A stretch of 64,000 bases of DNA, taken from a virus. The position numbers and the translations under genes were made by a program. Position 1 is the first letter of the stretch, and each line of letters begins with the position of its first letter. This document shows, in pieces, positions 24,402-33,716 of the stretch. The DNA lies in the IMG/VR virus record IMGVR_UViG_3300017991_000083, positions 1 through 64,000 of that record. The stretch is one strand, 5' to 3'. Below the pieces are notes generated by a model. It did no database searches. It worked only from the letters and a program-made list of their open reading frames with translations, and was not told the DNA's origin.

Positions 24402-25835
24402 TCAGAACTCTCCTCCCATCTTGTGTTCGCCCAGGATCCGCTTCCTCATCTTCGGCGAGTCCAGTCTACAGACCCGGAAATCGGGGAAGAGCAGGCCGTA
24501 CTTCTCAGACCCGAAGTCTCGGGCAGCGACCCATCCGAAGTTCAGGGTCCCCTCTTCCTCGTTCTCCTTGGTCTTCGTCAGGTAGCAGACGGCGTTCGCG
24601 TGCTCACGCGGCCGCGGCGAGTAGGCGAAGTCCTTCTGCGTCAGGACCTTCTTGCCGGCAGACTCCGTCTTGGCCTGATTTGCCGTCACGATCGCAAGTC
24701 CAGACGGGCGGTCCGGCGCCTCATCGAAGTGGACGTAGCCCTTCGCGAGCTGAGACAGGTCCCAACTGATGGTGCCCAGGGACTGCCACTCGCTGTCGTC
24801 GCCGCGGCGCTCCGCCGGGGTCATGTCGTTTAGGTAGTCGACTGTGACGACGTCGACGCGACGCTGATACTTCTCCTCCGCCCGCCGGACCTCAGCCTCG
24901 ATGGCCGGGACCGTGCAGGACCGACCCTTGAACTCGACGATCTCGTAGATGCCGCCGCGCTTCGCCAGGGTCGCGAGCCGTTTCTTCAGCAGCTTGAAGT
25001 CGGCCGGCGACATCGCCGGATGCTCGGGGTCCTGGCCGAGCGGATCGCGGAAGCTCGAGAACCTGATCCCGCTCCGCCGCGAGAAGAACCTGTTGGCCGC
25101 CTTGTATCGGTCCATCTCGATCGTCACGTGGAGCGTGAACTTGCCCTGCATCGCGACGTTGTGGCCGACCTCGAGTAGGAACGTGCTCTTGCCGACCTTC
25201 GCACAGGCCAGCATGATGATGAGCTCCTTCGGGAACAGACCGCCGGTCGAAGCGTCGTAGAGCCCTATGCCCGTCGGGATGCCGGCGAAGCGCTCGGGCT
25301 CGCGGATCTTCTGCTTGATGACCTGGCGATGGTGTCCGAAGTCCTCAACGGGGTTCGTCCGGAAGACGGTGATCTCGCCAGTCCCGAACTCGCGGCTCGC
25401 GAGCACCATCTCCCGCTCGACGGCGTCGATGTCGCCCTTCTCGAAGCTCCTGGTCGCCGAGTCCAGGCGGACCCAGGCGCGACGGACCTTCTCCAGACGC
25501 CGGAGCTCCTCGCAGTAGAGCTGGAACGCCTCAGTCTCGCCCTGGCCCAGGTTCTGGCCCAGGGCGTAGACCTTCTCGACCAGGGCCTCAACTGCCGCCA
25601 TCTTCGTCGGCGACAGGTTGAACGTCGCCTTCTTGACGATCAGGTCGGACGCCGGCTGTTCCTTGCCCTTGTAGTCGCGCAGGACCCCGAAGAGACGCCG
25701 GCACGAGTCATCGCTGAACGAGTCGGCCGAGAGCAGCGCGAGGTTGCTCGCGAGCTGCTTCCGAATGTCCCGCCGCAGCATGAGCGCGAGAACGGTCTGC
25801 TCGAAGTCCAGGTTCTCGAACTCGACGTTAGGCAT
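24402..25835 (-). CDS. dnaB: DnaB-like replicative helicase
   Basis: GIPTG...GGL, Walker A variant ACAKVGKST, TIEM, VDYL, ANQ. Confidence 0.9.
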   Translation of the reverse strand: MPNVEFENLDFEQTVLALMLRRDIRKQLASNLALLSADSFSDDSCRRLFGVLRDYKGKEQPASDLIVKKATFNLSPTKMAAVEALVEKVYALGQNLGQGETEAFQLYCEELRRLEKVRRAWVRLDSATRSFEKGDIDAVEREMVLASREFGTGEITVFRTNPVEDFGHHRQVIKQKIREPERFAGIPTGIGLYDASTGGLFPKELIIMLACAKVGKSTFLLEVGHNVAMQGKFTLHVTIEMDRYKAANRFFSRRSGIRFSSFRDPLGQDPEHPAMSPADFKLLKKRLATLAKRGGIYEIVEFKGRSCTVPAIEAEVRRAEEKYQRRVDVVTVDYLNDMTPAERRGDDSEWQSLGTISWDLSQLAKGYVHFDEAPDRPSGLAIVTANQAKTESAGKKVLTQKDFAYSPRPREHANAVCYLTKTKENEEEGTLNFGWVAARDFGSEKYGLLFPDFRVCRLDSPKMRKRILGEHKMGGEF

Positions 25836-26217
25836 CGTTCTCCTCGGGGGGCACCAGCATATCGACCCTGTCCATGTGCAGGCCCAGGTTCGGGACGATG
25901 TGCGACAGCAGGCACGGACTCGTGACCAGGTCAAACGACTCCGTTCCCTTCCCCGCGACAATGGCGACCATCACCGTCTGCGGGACCCTCCGGCCGTCCC
26001 CCGACTCGATGACGCTCTGACCCTTGATGTGCAGCTCCGTCACCCGTCCCTCGAACATCGCTCGCAGGAACCTGTCGAACGGCCTCTGGCTTTCCTGACT
26101 CTCCCGGCTCTCCTGGCAAACCTGCTGAGCCCGTGGTGGCGCTGGCGGCGGTGCCGGCTTACGGGCGCCTGCAGGCGGCGGCGTCGGCTCCTTGCGATCT
26201 CCTGGCATCCCGCTCAT
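25828..26217 (-). CDS. Hypothetical protein with Pro-rich N-terminus
   Basis: ATG at 26217 with AAGGGGGG SD; overlaps the dnaB start. Confidence 0.65.
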   Translation of the reverse strand: MSGMPGDRKEPTPPPAGARKPAPPPAPPRAQQVCQESRESQESQRPFDRFLRAMFEGRVTELHIKGQSVIESGDGRRVPQTVMVAIVAGKGTESFDLVTSPCLLSHIVPNLGLHMDRVDMLVPPEENDA

Positions 26218-26234
26218 CTGTCCCCCCTTTAGCA

Positions 26235-26290
26235 TATTCGGCCAAGTTCCCGAACTTAGCCGTATTCGGTTGATTTCCCGAACATCAACC
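26235..26290 (-). promoter_or_regulatory. Two tandem hairpins with identical loop and covarying stems
   Basis: GGTTGAT-GTTCGGGAA-ATCAACC-GAATA and GGCTAA-GTTCGGGAA-CTTGGCC-GAATA. Confidence 0.6.
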
Positions 26291-26307
26291 CATTCCGGTT
26301 GAATCGC

Positions 26308-26583
26308 CTAACCGCCGCCCGCCTCCGCGGCCGGCCGCACATGTTCCTCAGGGATCCCCTCGTCAAGAGCGGGGACCCTCGCATTCAGCGGGAAGATTGC
26401 GTAGACCCACATCCACTCGATCGGGGCTCCGGGCCCGGCCGTCCTCGCCTCGACCTGGCTACTGTGGACCTTCCCCGTCGACCTCTGCCCGCCGCGATAC
26501 CAGACCGTCTCCCCGATCGCATACGCTGGCCGTCGCGGGACATCGGCCTCTCGCTCGTAGACGGCGTGCCGAATCATCCCCAT
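26308..26583 (-). CDS. Small SH3-like hypothetical protein
   Basis: YAIGETVWY...GKV pattern; GGGAGGG SD. Confidence 0.65.
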   Translation of the reverse strand: MGMIRHAVYEREADVPRRPAYAIGETVWYRGGQRSTGKVHSSQVEARTAGPGAPIEWMWVYAIFPLNARVPALDEGIPEEHVRPAAEAGGG

Positions 26584-26586
26584 GAG

Positions 26587-27501
26587 CTATCCCTCCCGCA
26601 TCTCCGCACAGGCGGCCCGGCGCAGGCAGACCCGGCAGATCTTGTCGCCGGGATCGTAGAGCCGCCAGGCCAGTGAGTCCTCGATCTCGATGCCGCCCTT
26701 CTCGGCCTTCCTGCACCGGAGCGACCCGTTGCCCTTCGTCACGTCGACTCTGCCCCGCAGCTCCGAACGGCGACGCTGCACTTCGGTCAGGAACCCGTCC
26801 TGGACCGCCGGCGAGCAGATCGCGCCGATGCCGATGTTCTCCAGGGACTCGGACTTGGTCTCGAACAGCCAGACCAGGTAGCCCCTCGCGTCGGTCTTCG
26901 ACAGCCCGAGCCGAGCGAAGCGGCCGAGGACGTCGCGCTTGAACCGGGCCAGGACCTGGCCCTGGCGCTTCTCCCCGGCGACCGAGCCCTCGAGCTCCAG
27001 CGAGACATGCCCGTAGTGCTCGACGTAGAGCTCGTTCGCGAACCGGAGAAAGTCGACCGAGGTCCACGAGTCAACCGGCTTCGGCTCCGGGTCGGGGAGA
27101 CTCGGCCCCCCTCCCCCCCCTTTAGGGGGGGGAGAAGGGGGGCCGCCCGCCGCGCCAGCACTTTTGCGGACAGCTTTCGTAAGCAGGGCGATGGCCGCCT
27201 GGACGTCCCGGTAGTCCTGGTCGCCCTCGGCGGTCGGATCCAGGGGCCGGTAGACCGCGAGCGAGTCCTGGCCCTCGGGGCGGTGCCGCTCGAGCAGCCC
27301 GTGATCGTCGAGCGCGTGCAGGTGGCGCCGGGCAGTCTCGACGTGAACGCCGCGGATCTCCGCGAACCGGGCCAGTGTCCGGGACGTGACGGGCACCACG
27401 TCCGAGACGATCCGCAGCAGCAGCCAGGTCGTTTTCGCGGCGTCTTCGAGCTTCGAGTAGCCGAGTAGCAGCACCATCAGGGCATCAAGCAGCTCCACCA
27501 T
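26587..27501 (-). CDS. Probable replication initiator (N-terminal wHTH)
   Basis: FAEIRGVHVETARRHLHALDDHGLLER helix-turn-helix, PPSPPPKGGG linker, C-terminal Cys cluster; upstream of dnaB and dnaG. Confidence 0.65.
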   Translation of the reverse strand: MVELLDALMVLLLGYSKLEDAAKTTWLLLRIVSDVVPVTSRTLARFAEIRGVHVETARRHLHALDDHGLLERHRPEGQDSLAVYRPLDPTAEGDQDYRDVQAAIALLTKAVRKSAGAAGGPPSPPPKGGGGGPSLPDPEPKPVDSWTSVDFLRFANELYVEHYGHVSLELEGSVAGEKRQGQVLARFKRDVLGRFARLGLSKTDARGYLVWLFETKSESLENIGIGAICSPAVQDGFLTEVQRRRSELRGRVDVTKGNGSLRCRKAEKGGIEIEDSLAWRLYDPGDKICRVCLRRAACAEMREG

Positions 27502-27642
27502 CTCCTCCTCGGCCCCGTGTAGGGCAGCTTACGCAAGTCAGCACAGATGCGGGTCAGCCGCATATCTGCGGACCGCACGGTCCTTACAAACTTGGCGCCC
27601 TCTGTAAGTATAACTTCTAGGCGCTTACAGTGAGCTGTCAGG

Positions 27643-28080
27643 CTAACCACAGTCGCACCCTTTCAGCGTATCTGCTGGTTCCCGCCCGTGCCATCCGACC
27701 ACCAGGGTCCAGCGCCAGAGCGGGACGAGAATCTCCCCCTTCCAGCACGGCGCCGCAGGCCGGATGAACCTCTTGCCGGCGCGTCGGCCGGACACCATCA
27801 TCGCCCATACGATCCGGTCGTCCATCACGACCTCCTTGACGAGTGCGTCTACAGCCTTCTCCGCCAAGGCTGACGCTATCGTCTTGAGAAGTGGAGCGGC
27901 TGACCCCTCTAGCTGTCGGACGTCGCGCTCCAGCTCTATCCTGCGAAGCACTGTCAGGGCGTGCTTGAGACAGATCTGGCGCTGGTTCGAGAACGACTGT
28001 CTGAACGGGAGTAGCCCTATGTCCTGGGCCATCTCGTCGTAGGCCTGCTCGAAGATCAGCATCCTCTGTCGGCTGTCCAT
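27643..28080 (-). CDS. Hypothetical protein
   Basis: ATG at 28080, TGATG coupling. Confidence 0.6.
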   Translation of the reverse strand: MDSRQRMLIFEQAYDEMAQDIGLLPFRQSFSNQRQICLKHALTVLRRIELERDVRQLEGSAAPLLKTIASALAEKAVDALVKEVVMDDRIVWAMMVSGRRAGKRFIRPAAPCWKGEILVPLWRWTLVVGWHGREPADTLKGCDCG

Positions 28081-28286
28081 CAACGTCTCCTTCGCAGGGC
28101 AGGATGCCGGTCGGGGCCGCGATGTTTCCGGTTGTCCATGAACGTGCGAATGCCGTTGTAGCAGGCAGGACAACACTCGAACCAGACCCCCGGGCGGACG
28201 TCGATACGCTTCTTTTTGGGATTCTGCACCCTGCCCTTACAGATAGGGCAGTCCTCGAATAGCTCGGTCTCGCCTTGCCTGTGCAT
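28080..28286 (-). CDS. Zn-finger protein
   Basis: CPIC...CCPAC; TGATG coupling. Confidence 0.6.
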   Translation of the reverse strand: MHRQGETELFEDCPICKGRVQNPKKKRIDVRPGVWFECCPACYNGIRTFMDNRKHRGPDRHPALRRRR

Positions 28287-28477
28287 CAGCTCACCCCCTC
28301 GAGCTGTTCGACCCTCTGTCTCAGATCGTTGATGTCGCTTCGGAACTGCCACGGCCACCACTGCCAGACCCAAGTCGTCAGCCAGATGGAGACTATCAGC
28401 GCGATGAGGGAGATCACGATAGCCCATCTCTGCCGAGCCTCCATCTTGGCCTCTTCACTGACGAAGATGTCGTCCAC
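28286..28477 (-). CDS. Small single-pass membrane protein
   Basis: WAIVISLIALIVSIWLTTWVW followed by a short coiled coil. Confidence 0.65.
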   Translation of the reverse strand: MDDIFVSEEAKMEARQRWAIVISLIALIVSIWLTTWVWQWWPWQFRSDINDLRQRVEQLEGVS

Positions 28478-28487
28478 TGTGCCCCCT

Positions 28488-30293
28488 CTATGAGATCAGC
28501 GCCCGGATCTTCTGGACGGTCAGGCGGTCGCTTCGCCACCCGCCCTCCACGACTATGTCGAACAGATCCTGCTTATCCTCGAGGACGGCCTTCATCCGGG
28601 CCTCGACGGTGTCCTCGGCGATGATGTTGATGACGTTCAGGATGGGGCTCTTCTGGCCTACGCGGTCGATGCGGCCGGTCCGCTGGCGCATGGCCTGGGG
28701 GTTCCAGAGCAGGTCGAAGTTGATGAGCGTGCTGGCGCCCTGCATGTCCTGGCCCTCACGGAGCGCGTCTGAGGCGACGATGACTCGGCAGGGGCGCTTG
28801 CCCGTCATCAATGTGCCCTCGTTGAACTGTCGGCAGAGCTCGTTCCGCTCGTCGGGCTTCGAGTTCTTTCCGTGAACGGAGAGGGCCCCGTAGCCGCGCC
28901 TGTTCAGTTCGTGGGCGATCATGTCGCACATGTCGGTGAAGAAGCAGAAGACCACGAACTTCTCGTCAGGCTCGAATCCTCCGAGGATGCGGTAGAGCTC
29001 AGTGAGCTTGGTGCTGCCGCGATGGCTCTCCTTGGCCCCGATAAGGACCGGGGAGAGGCAGGCCTGGCGGAGATAGGTGAGGAGCGGGAGCACTTCGGCC
29101 ATGATGATCTTCTTGGCCTTCTGCATGTCCTCGAGGAGCCCGGCGAGCTGGTCCTTGACCTGATCGTACAACTGACGCTGTTCGGGCGCCAGTTCTATCC
29201 AGCGGTCGGTCTCGATGATGTTGCCGGCGATGCGGCCCTTGAGCTGCTCGGCGACCTCTTCCTTCCGGCGCCGAAGTACGTAGGGCCCTATCCGCTCGGT
29301 CACGATCTCCAGGTTCTTGTAGCCCTTCACGCCCCCGAAGAAGTCTCGGACGATGAACCTCGAGTCGAACAGGGCGAAGTTGTCGAGGAACGCTCCCGGA
29401 TCGATGATCTGGAACACGCTGAACAGGTCCTCGAGCGTGTTCTCGAGGAACGTCGCCGAGAGCCCAACGACTCTTGGAACCCGCTTCGCGAGCTTGATCG
29501 CGGCCTTTGTGCGCTTCGCCTTCAGAGACTTCGCGTACTGAATCTCGTCCAGGACGAGCAGGCCAGGCTTCATGCCGGCGAACTCGTCGGGATAGCGCCA
29601 GAGCAGATCGTAGTTGACGATGGTGTAGGGATGTCCCGCGGACCACTGTTCTGCCCAGGCTTTCGCTCCCACCTTGCTCTTCGCCTGCAGGACCGTCACG
29701 GGATGGTCGGTGAACTTATGGATCTCCGCCTCCCACTTCTTCTTGAGCGAGGCGGGGCAGACTACCAGGACGGTCGCGAGCTCCCCCTGCTCCCGGAGCG
29801 ATTCGGCGAACGCGATGGCCTCGACCGTCTTCCCGAGCCCGACCACGTCACCCAGGATAGCGCCGCCCTCCCTAGAGGCCGAAAAAGCCCCGTGAAGCCA
29901 TTCGACGGCCGCAGACTGGTATGGGGGCAGTTCGCCCTTGAACGTCGCAGGAACGAGCAATTTGGGGGGCTCAGCGCCGTTCTGAGGGGCCTTTTGAGAC
30001 CTGTCCAGGCCCTGGCCCTGGGCCTGGACCATGCTCTCGCGCCAGGCCATGTGCCGATCGTAGGCCACCTGGGCCTTCGCATCGACCGCGATGACGCCCT
30101 GGCCGCACAGGTGCTCGTCGACGAGCACCCTGAGCTCGTCCAGGCACTCGAGCGGTGCGATCCACACGCGCTCGCGAGGCTTCCACTCCCGGGTAGAGAG
30201 CTTCGTTCCGGCCACGTGCTTGTAGCGCGTGAAATGGGGACCGTTGAACCGGAACGCAAAGGTCCGGCTGTCACGATATGACACCGTCAGCAT
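28488..30293 (-). CDS. SNF2-family helicase
   Basis: GDVVGLGKT, CPASL, DEIQ, SAT, EGQDM, WNP..M.QRTGRIDRVGQ; HARP-like N-terminus. Confidence 0.92.
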   Translation of the reverse strand: MLTVSYRDSRTFAFRFNGPHFTRYKHVAGTKLSTREWKPRERVWIAPLECLDELRVLVDEHLCGQGVIAVDAKAQVAYDRHMAWRESMVQAQGQGLDRSQKAPQNGAEPPKLLVPATFKGELPPYQSAAVEWLHGAFSASREGGAILGDVVGLGKTVEAIAFAESLREQGELATVLVVCPASLKKKWEAEIHKFTDHPVTVLQAKSKVGAKAWAEQWSAGHPYTIVNYDLLWRYPDEFAGMKPGLLVLDEIQYAKSLKAKRTKAAIKLAKRVPRVVGLSATFLENTLEDLFSVFQIIDPGAFLDNFALFDSRFIVRDFFGGVKGYKNLEIVTERIGPYVLRRRKEEVAEQLKGRIAGNIIETDRWIELAPEQRQLYDQVKDQLAGLLEDMQKAKKIIMAEVLPLLTYLRQACLSPVLIGAKESHRGSTKLTELYRILGGFEPDEKFVVFCFFTDMCDMIAHELNRRGYGALSVHGKNSKPDERNELCRQFNEGTLMTGKRPCRVIVASDALREGQDMQGASTLINFDLLWNPQAMRQRTGRIDRVGQKSPILNVINIIAEDTVEARMKAVLEDKQDLFDIVVEGGWRSDRLTVQKIRALIS

Positions 30294-30304
30294 CTAGGCT
30301 CCGG

Positions 30305-30703
30305 CTAGTGATATGGCCCTGCAGGACAGCCCTTGTCGCGCCACTTCTGGATGATCTCTTCGTAGCGTGCGCGGAACTGCATCGTGGACATGCCGCCGAT
30401 GTGACGCATGAACTCGGCCACCAGATCTGCTACCCGATTGTCGAGGGTGCGGGGTGGTGTGGCCGGCAGCGGCTTGGGCTCGATGCGATGAATGACCCTG
30501 TGTGCCACAACGCTCCAGGGACAGTAAGGCCCGGGCTTGGTCGGCGGTGGCTGGCGGAACAGCGGTGTCCCGCCGCAGATCGTTATCTTCGACCGCGGCG
30601 CACAGCGCCGGCGCCAGAACCAGAGATGGGTCACGAGGATAGCGCTGTAGGACGCCAGGACGAAGAGGCAGAACAGCAGGATCTTGAAGAACACAATCGA
30701 CAT
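30305..30703 (-). CDS. Membrane-anchored hypothetical protein; first gene of the replication unit
   Basis: N-terminal transmembrane helix; downstream of the 18-bp motif. Confidence 0.6.
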   Translation of the reverse strand: MSIVFFKILLFCLFVLASYSAILVTHLWFWRRRCAPRSKITICGGTPLFRQPPPTKPGPYCPWSVVAHRVIHRIEPKPLPATPPRTLDNRVADLVAEFMRHIGGMSTMQFRARYEEIIQKWRDKGCPAGPYH

Positions 30704-30738
30704 GGGAGCCCCCTTCCCGTGTGAGAGAGACCGTTCCT

Positions 30739-30756
30739 ACTCGATATACGCCAATC
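30739..30756 (-). promoter_or_regulatory. 18-bp motif GATTGGCGTATATCGAGT, copy 2
   Basis: Identical to 18929-18946; lies at the late/replication module boundary. Confidence 0.7.
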
Positions 30757-30779
30757 GGGCGCGTTTTGGGCGCTACTTT

Positions 30780-31391
30780 CTAGGAGAAACTCTCTGGTCG
30801 GAACGGGACCCTGGCCGGATCGAGACAGGCTGCCCACATGTGACGCTTCTTCTTCGTCGTCGTCGTGAGCTTCGCCCGGTGCTCGTAACGCTCCTTCGCG
30901 CACTGATACCAGGGCCGTTCAGCGTCGTGCAGCAGCAGGATCCCGTTCGGCTTGAGGAGAGTCCGGGACCTGATAACGCATCGCCGACGGAAGCGGCCGT
31001 CGACAATGACGATGTCGAACTTCTGACGCTTGATCGCACTCTCCGGGACGTCCTTGAGCTCCTCGGGATCTCCGTCTAGCCAGGGGAGCGCGATGTAGGT
31101 GTTCCCGTTCGTGTTCAGGGGCATGAAGTGGACGGTGACGGCCCCTTTCGGTATCTTCTCTTCCTTGACGCTGACCGCCACCTTGCCGCGGACGCGCTTG
31201 TTCCAGCTCTGGTGATGTTCGATGGACCGCCAGCGGAACCGGACCCCGAGCTTGTGCAGGAGCTCGGCGCACATGAGCGTACTGCCGCCGGAGCCCCACT
31301 CGAGGATCTCGAGCGGCTGGCCGGTCTCGGCGTAGGCCCGCATCACTTCCCGGAGAATCTCTATGTCGTCGGGGTCCATCCAGGGCTTCAT
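30780..31391 (-). CDS. Class I SAM-dependent methyltransferase (not a DNA MTase)
   Basis: ILEWGSGGST, SIEH, FDIVIVDGRFR, LKPNGILLLHD; no DPPY or PC motif. Confidence 0.85.
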   Translation of the reverse strand: MKPWMDPDDIEILREVMRAYAETGQPLEILEWGSGGSTLMCAELLHKLGVRFRWRSIEHHQSWNKRVRGKVAVSVKEEKIPKGAVTVHFMPLNTNGNTYIALPWLDGDPEELKDVPESAIKRQKFDIVIVDGRFRRRCVIRSRTLLKPNGILLLHDAERPWYQCAKERYEHRAKLTTTTKKKRHMWAACLDPARVPFRPESFS

Positions 31392-32047
31392 AGCTGGCTC
31401 ATGTAGCCGGCGACCTTCCGCCGGAACTCGTAGGGGTCGAGGTTCTCGCCGGGACACATCTTCCTGTAGACCTTCTCGCCGCTCGGACCCATGCTCCACC
31501 CGGTCCCCTGGAGCTCGCGATGGAACACGGCGCCCGTCGACGGTAGGCCGAGCTCGTGCAGGACCCAGGCGACGGTCTTCGCCGCTGCTGCCCACTTCAT
31601 CTCCGGGAGATTCGAGATGCCGTCATAGTCGATGGCGACCGCGAGCGAGGTCTTGTTCCAGGATGCAACGTGCCAGGCCCGAACGTCGTAGTCGAGACAC
31701 CAGTGAACGACGCAGTCCCCACCCACAAACTCGATGACATAGTGATAGGTGATCGTCGGACAACCCTCGTTCGGGTTGATGTGGCATTCGGGGCTCGTGT
31801 CGTAGAGCGCCAGGTCGTAGACGTCGGCCGCGGGCTTGTCGTCGTCGGCCGTGCAGTGCAGCACAACGCGCTCGATGACGTCGACCGGGCGCCGGGGGAT
31901 CGGCAGGGTCGGATGCGCGTACTCGCCCTGCATCTCTTCGCGGATGTCAGAGAACTTTACACTCTCGCCGAGCAGATCTGCCAGGCTACTGAATGTCTTC
32001 TTCTGTCCCAAGATGAGCCTTATCCAGTTGAGGAATCGCGTCCACAT
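31388..32047 (-). CDS. N-acetylmuramoyl-L-alanine amidase (endolysin)
   Basis: VLHCT, YHY, AWH, FHRE, CPG Zn-amidase_2 motifs. Confidence 0.9.
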   Translation of the reverse strand: MWTRFLNWIRLILGQKKTFSSLADLLGESVKFSDIREEMQGEYAHPTLPIPRRPVDVIERVVLHCTADDDKPAADVYDLALYDTSPECHINPNEGCPTITYHYVIEFVGGDCVVHWCLDYDVRAWHVASWNKTSLAVAIDYDGISNLPEMKWAAAAKTVAWVLHELGLPSTGAVFHRELQGTGWSMGPSGEKVYRKMCPGENLDPYEFRRKVAGYMSQL

Positions 32048-32868
32048 CAGCTACCGCCACTGGTGATGATCGACTCGGAGAAGAGTAGATCAAGTCCTTC
32101 GAGCAGGAGAGCCTCGTCGTCGTCGGGAGTGAACCTGCTATTGAACACGTAGCGCATGACCGCGGCGCTGGACGACGGCCGGCACGACGCACAGTCTTCT
32201 TCGTCGGAGTGCGGCCAGTAGACTATAACCTCGGCATTCTGAAGGGCGCTGACGACAGCCTGCTCGTCCAGGGTCAGGCCCGGCCACTTGAGATAGCCGT
32301 AGAACCGCCAGCCTGTGGCCAGGGCACTGATGGAGAGCCCGTTTATCGTCTGCGGCCTGAGCTCGCGAGCGTGCTTCAGCTCCTCGTATGTCGGATTCGG
32401 CATACCCAGGGAGACAGTGTCGACTTCGTAGCACTTGACTCCGTCGATGTTCAGCGTCCCCGAGCTCGTGATCTTCACCAGGAACGACGTCGCCTCGCGG
32501 TAGTGCGCGAACGTCTTGATAACGGCCCGCTCCTTGTAGGCCGAGCTTGAGAGCCCTGTGATGGAGAAGCTCTCGTCTCCGACCATCACGGTCGCTGTCG
32601 CCGTTGCCGACTTCGCAAAGAAGCTCACTACGAAGGACCGCGACCCAAGAGCGCCCGTGACCGTGCAGGTGGTCTGTACGGTCTCGCTGCTGATCTTGAA
32701 GGAGTAGTCGCCAAGCGGCGTCGAGGAGTCGGCCTCGCGGGTGCCTCCGGTCCATCCGCTCGTGTCGGTCTCGAACTCGCCGTTCGTGATGTAGTCCGTA
32801 TCGTCATCGCAGACGGCGAACTTCGGCTGTTCGTCGCCGATCGTGAGCGGGTGTATCCAGAGCGGCAT
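32047..32868 (-). CDS. Minor tail protein with CBM-like beta-sandwich
   Basis: ITNGEFE..TSGW; paralog of 32868..33707. Confidence 0.75.
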   Translation of the reverse strand: MPLWIHPLTIGDEQPKFAVCDDDTDYITNGEFETDTSGWTGGTREADSSTPLGDYSFKISSETVQTTCTVTGALGSRSFVVSFFAKSATATATVMVGDESFSITGLSSSAYKERAVIKTFAHYREATSFLVKITSSGTLNIDGVKCYEVDTVSLGMPNPTYEELKHARELRPQTINGLSISALATGWRFYGYLKWPGLTLDEQAVVSALQNAEVIVYWPHSDEEDCASCRPSSSAAVMRYVFNSRFTPDDDEALLLEGLDLLFSESIITSGGS

Positions 32869-33707
32869 TAGCTAATCACCTCTATCGGCTTCGCAGACAG
32901 CAGGTCGGCTCCGATGAGTGCGATGGTCCCGACGTGGCCGAGGTATCTGTTGTGGAAGTAGCGCCGGCGGTACTTCGTGTCGTCCCACAGGCACGACATG
33001 ACGAAGTTGGCGTCCGTGTGCGGCCAGAAGATAATGATCCCTGCCTCGCTGATCTGCGTCCGACGGATCTCCTGCATCGCCGTCAGCAGATCGTACTTGA
33101 GCTCCGCAGTGAACCGCCAGCCCAGGACGTAGTCCGTGATGGTCAGGTCAGCGCGAATGGTCCGGGCCTGGAGTTGGCGCTCGAAATCATACTGGTCCAC
33201 GGACGGCAGTGGCAGCCCCGTGATGTCGCGCATAACCCTGTGACAACGGATTCGGTCTACGTGGAGAGCCGCTGTGGCAGTACACGACACGGTGAACTCC
33301 GTGTCTGTCTGGCCGGCGGAGAACGTGACCACGCCGGCCCTCGGGCGATACTCCGAAGAGTCGAGGTCTCTGAGATAGACGGTGTGTGACTCTGCCGGCG
33401 ACGTTGCTGAGATGGTGAACGACTCGACGCCCGAGCCTCTTGCGAACAGGGTCAGGGCGAAGGACATCCCGCCGAGAGCCCCGAGGCTAGGAGATATCGT
33501 CTGATACATCGTGTCTGTCGGATCGAGGCGCCCAACGAAGTCTCCGAACGGGGTTAGAGGGTCGGCGTACTGAGATACGCCCCCGCCGTCCCAATCGTCG
33601 CCGTTGACCTCGAACTCGCCGTTTGTGATGTGGTTCTCGGAGTCGCAGAGCACGAAGCGCGGGGGGAGCACTCCACCGATGACGTTCGCTTCCCAAGGAT
33701 GTGACAT
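32868..33707 (-). CDS. Minor tail protein with CBM-like beta-sandwich
   Basis: ITNGEFE...W, GWRF and WPH motifs shared with the downstream gene. Confidence 0.75.
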   Translation of the reverse strand: MSHPWEANVIGGVLPPRFVLCDSENHITNGEFEVNGDDWDGGGVSQYADPLTPFGDFVGRLDPTDTMYQTISPSLGALGGMSFALTLFARGSGVESFTISATSPAESHTVYLRDLDSSEYRPRAGVVTFSAGQTDTEFTVSCTATAALHVDRIRCHRVMRDITGLPLPSVDQYDFERQLQARTIRADLTITDYVLGWRFTAELKYDLLTAMQEIRRTQISEAGIIIFWPHTDANFVMSCLWDDTKYRRRYFHNRYLGHVGTIALIGADLLSAKPIEVIS

Positions 33708-33716
33708 GCTAACCCC

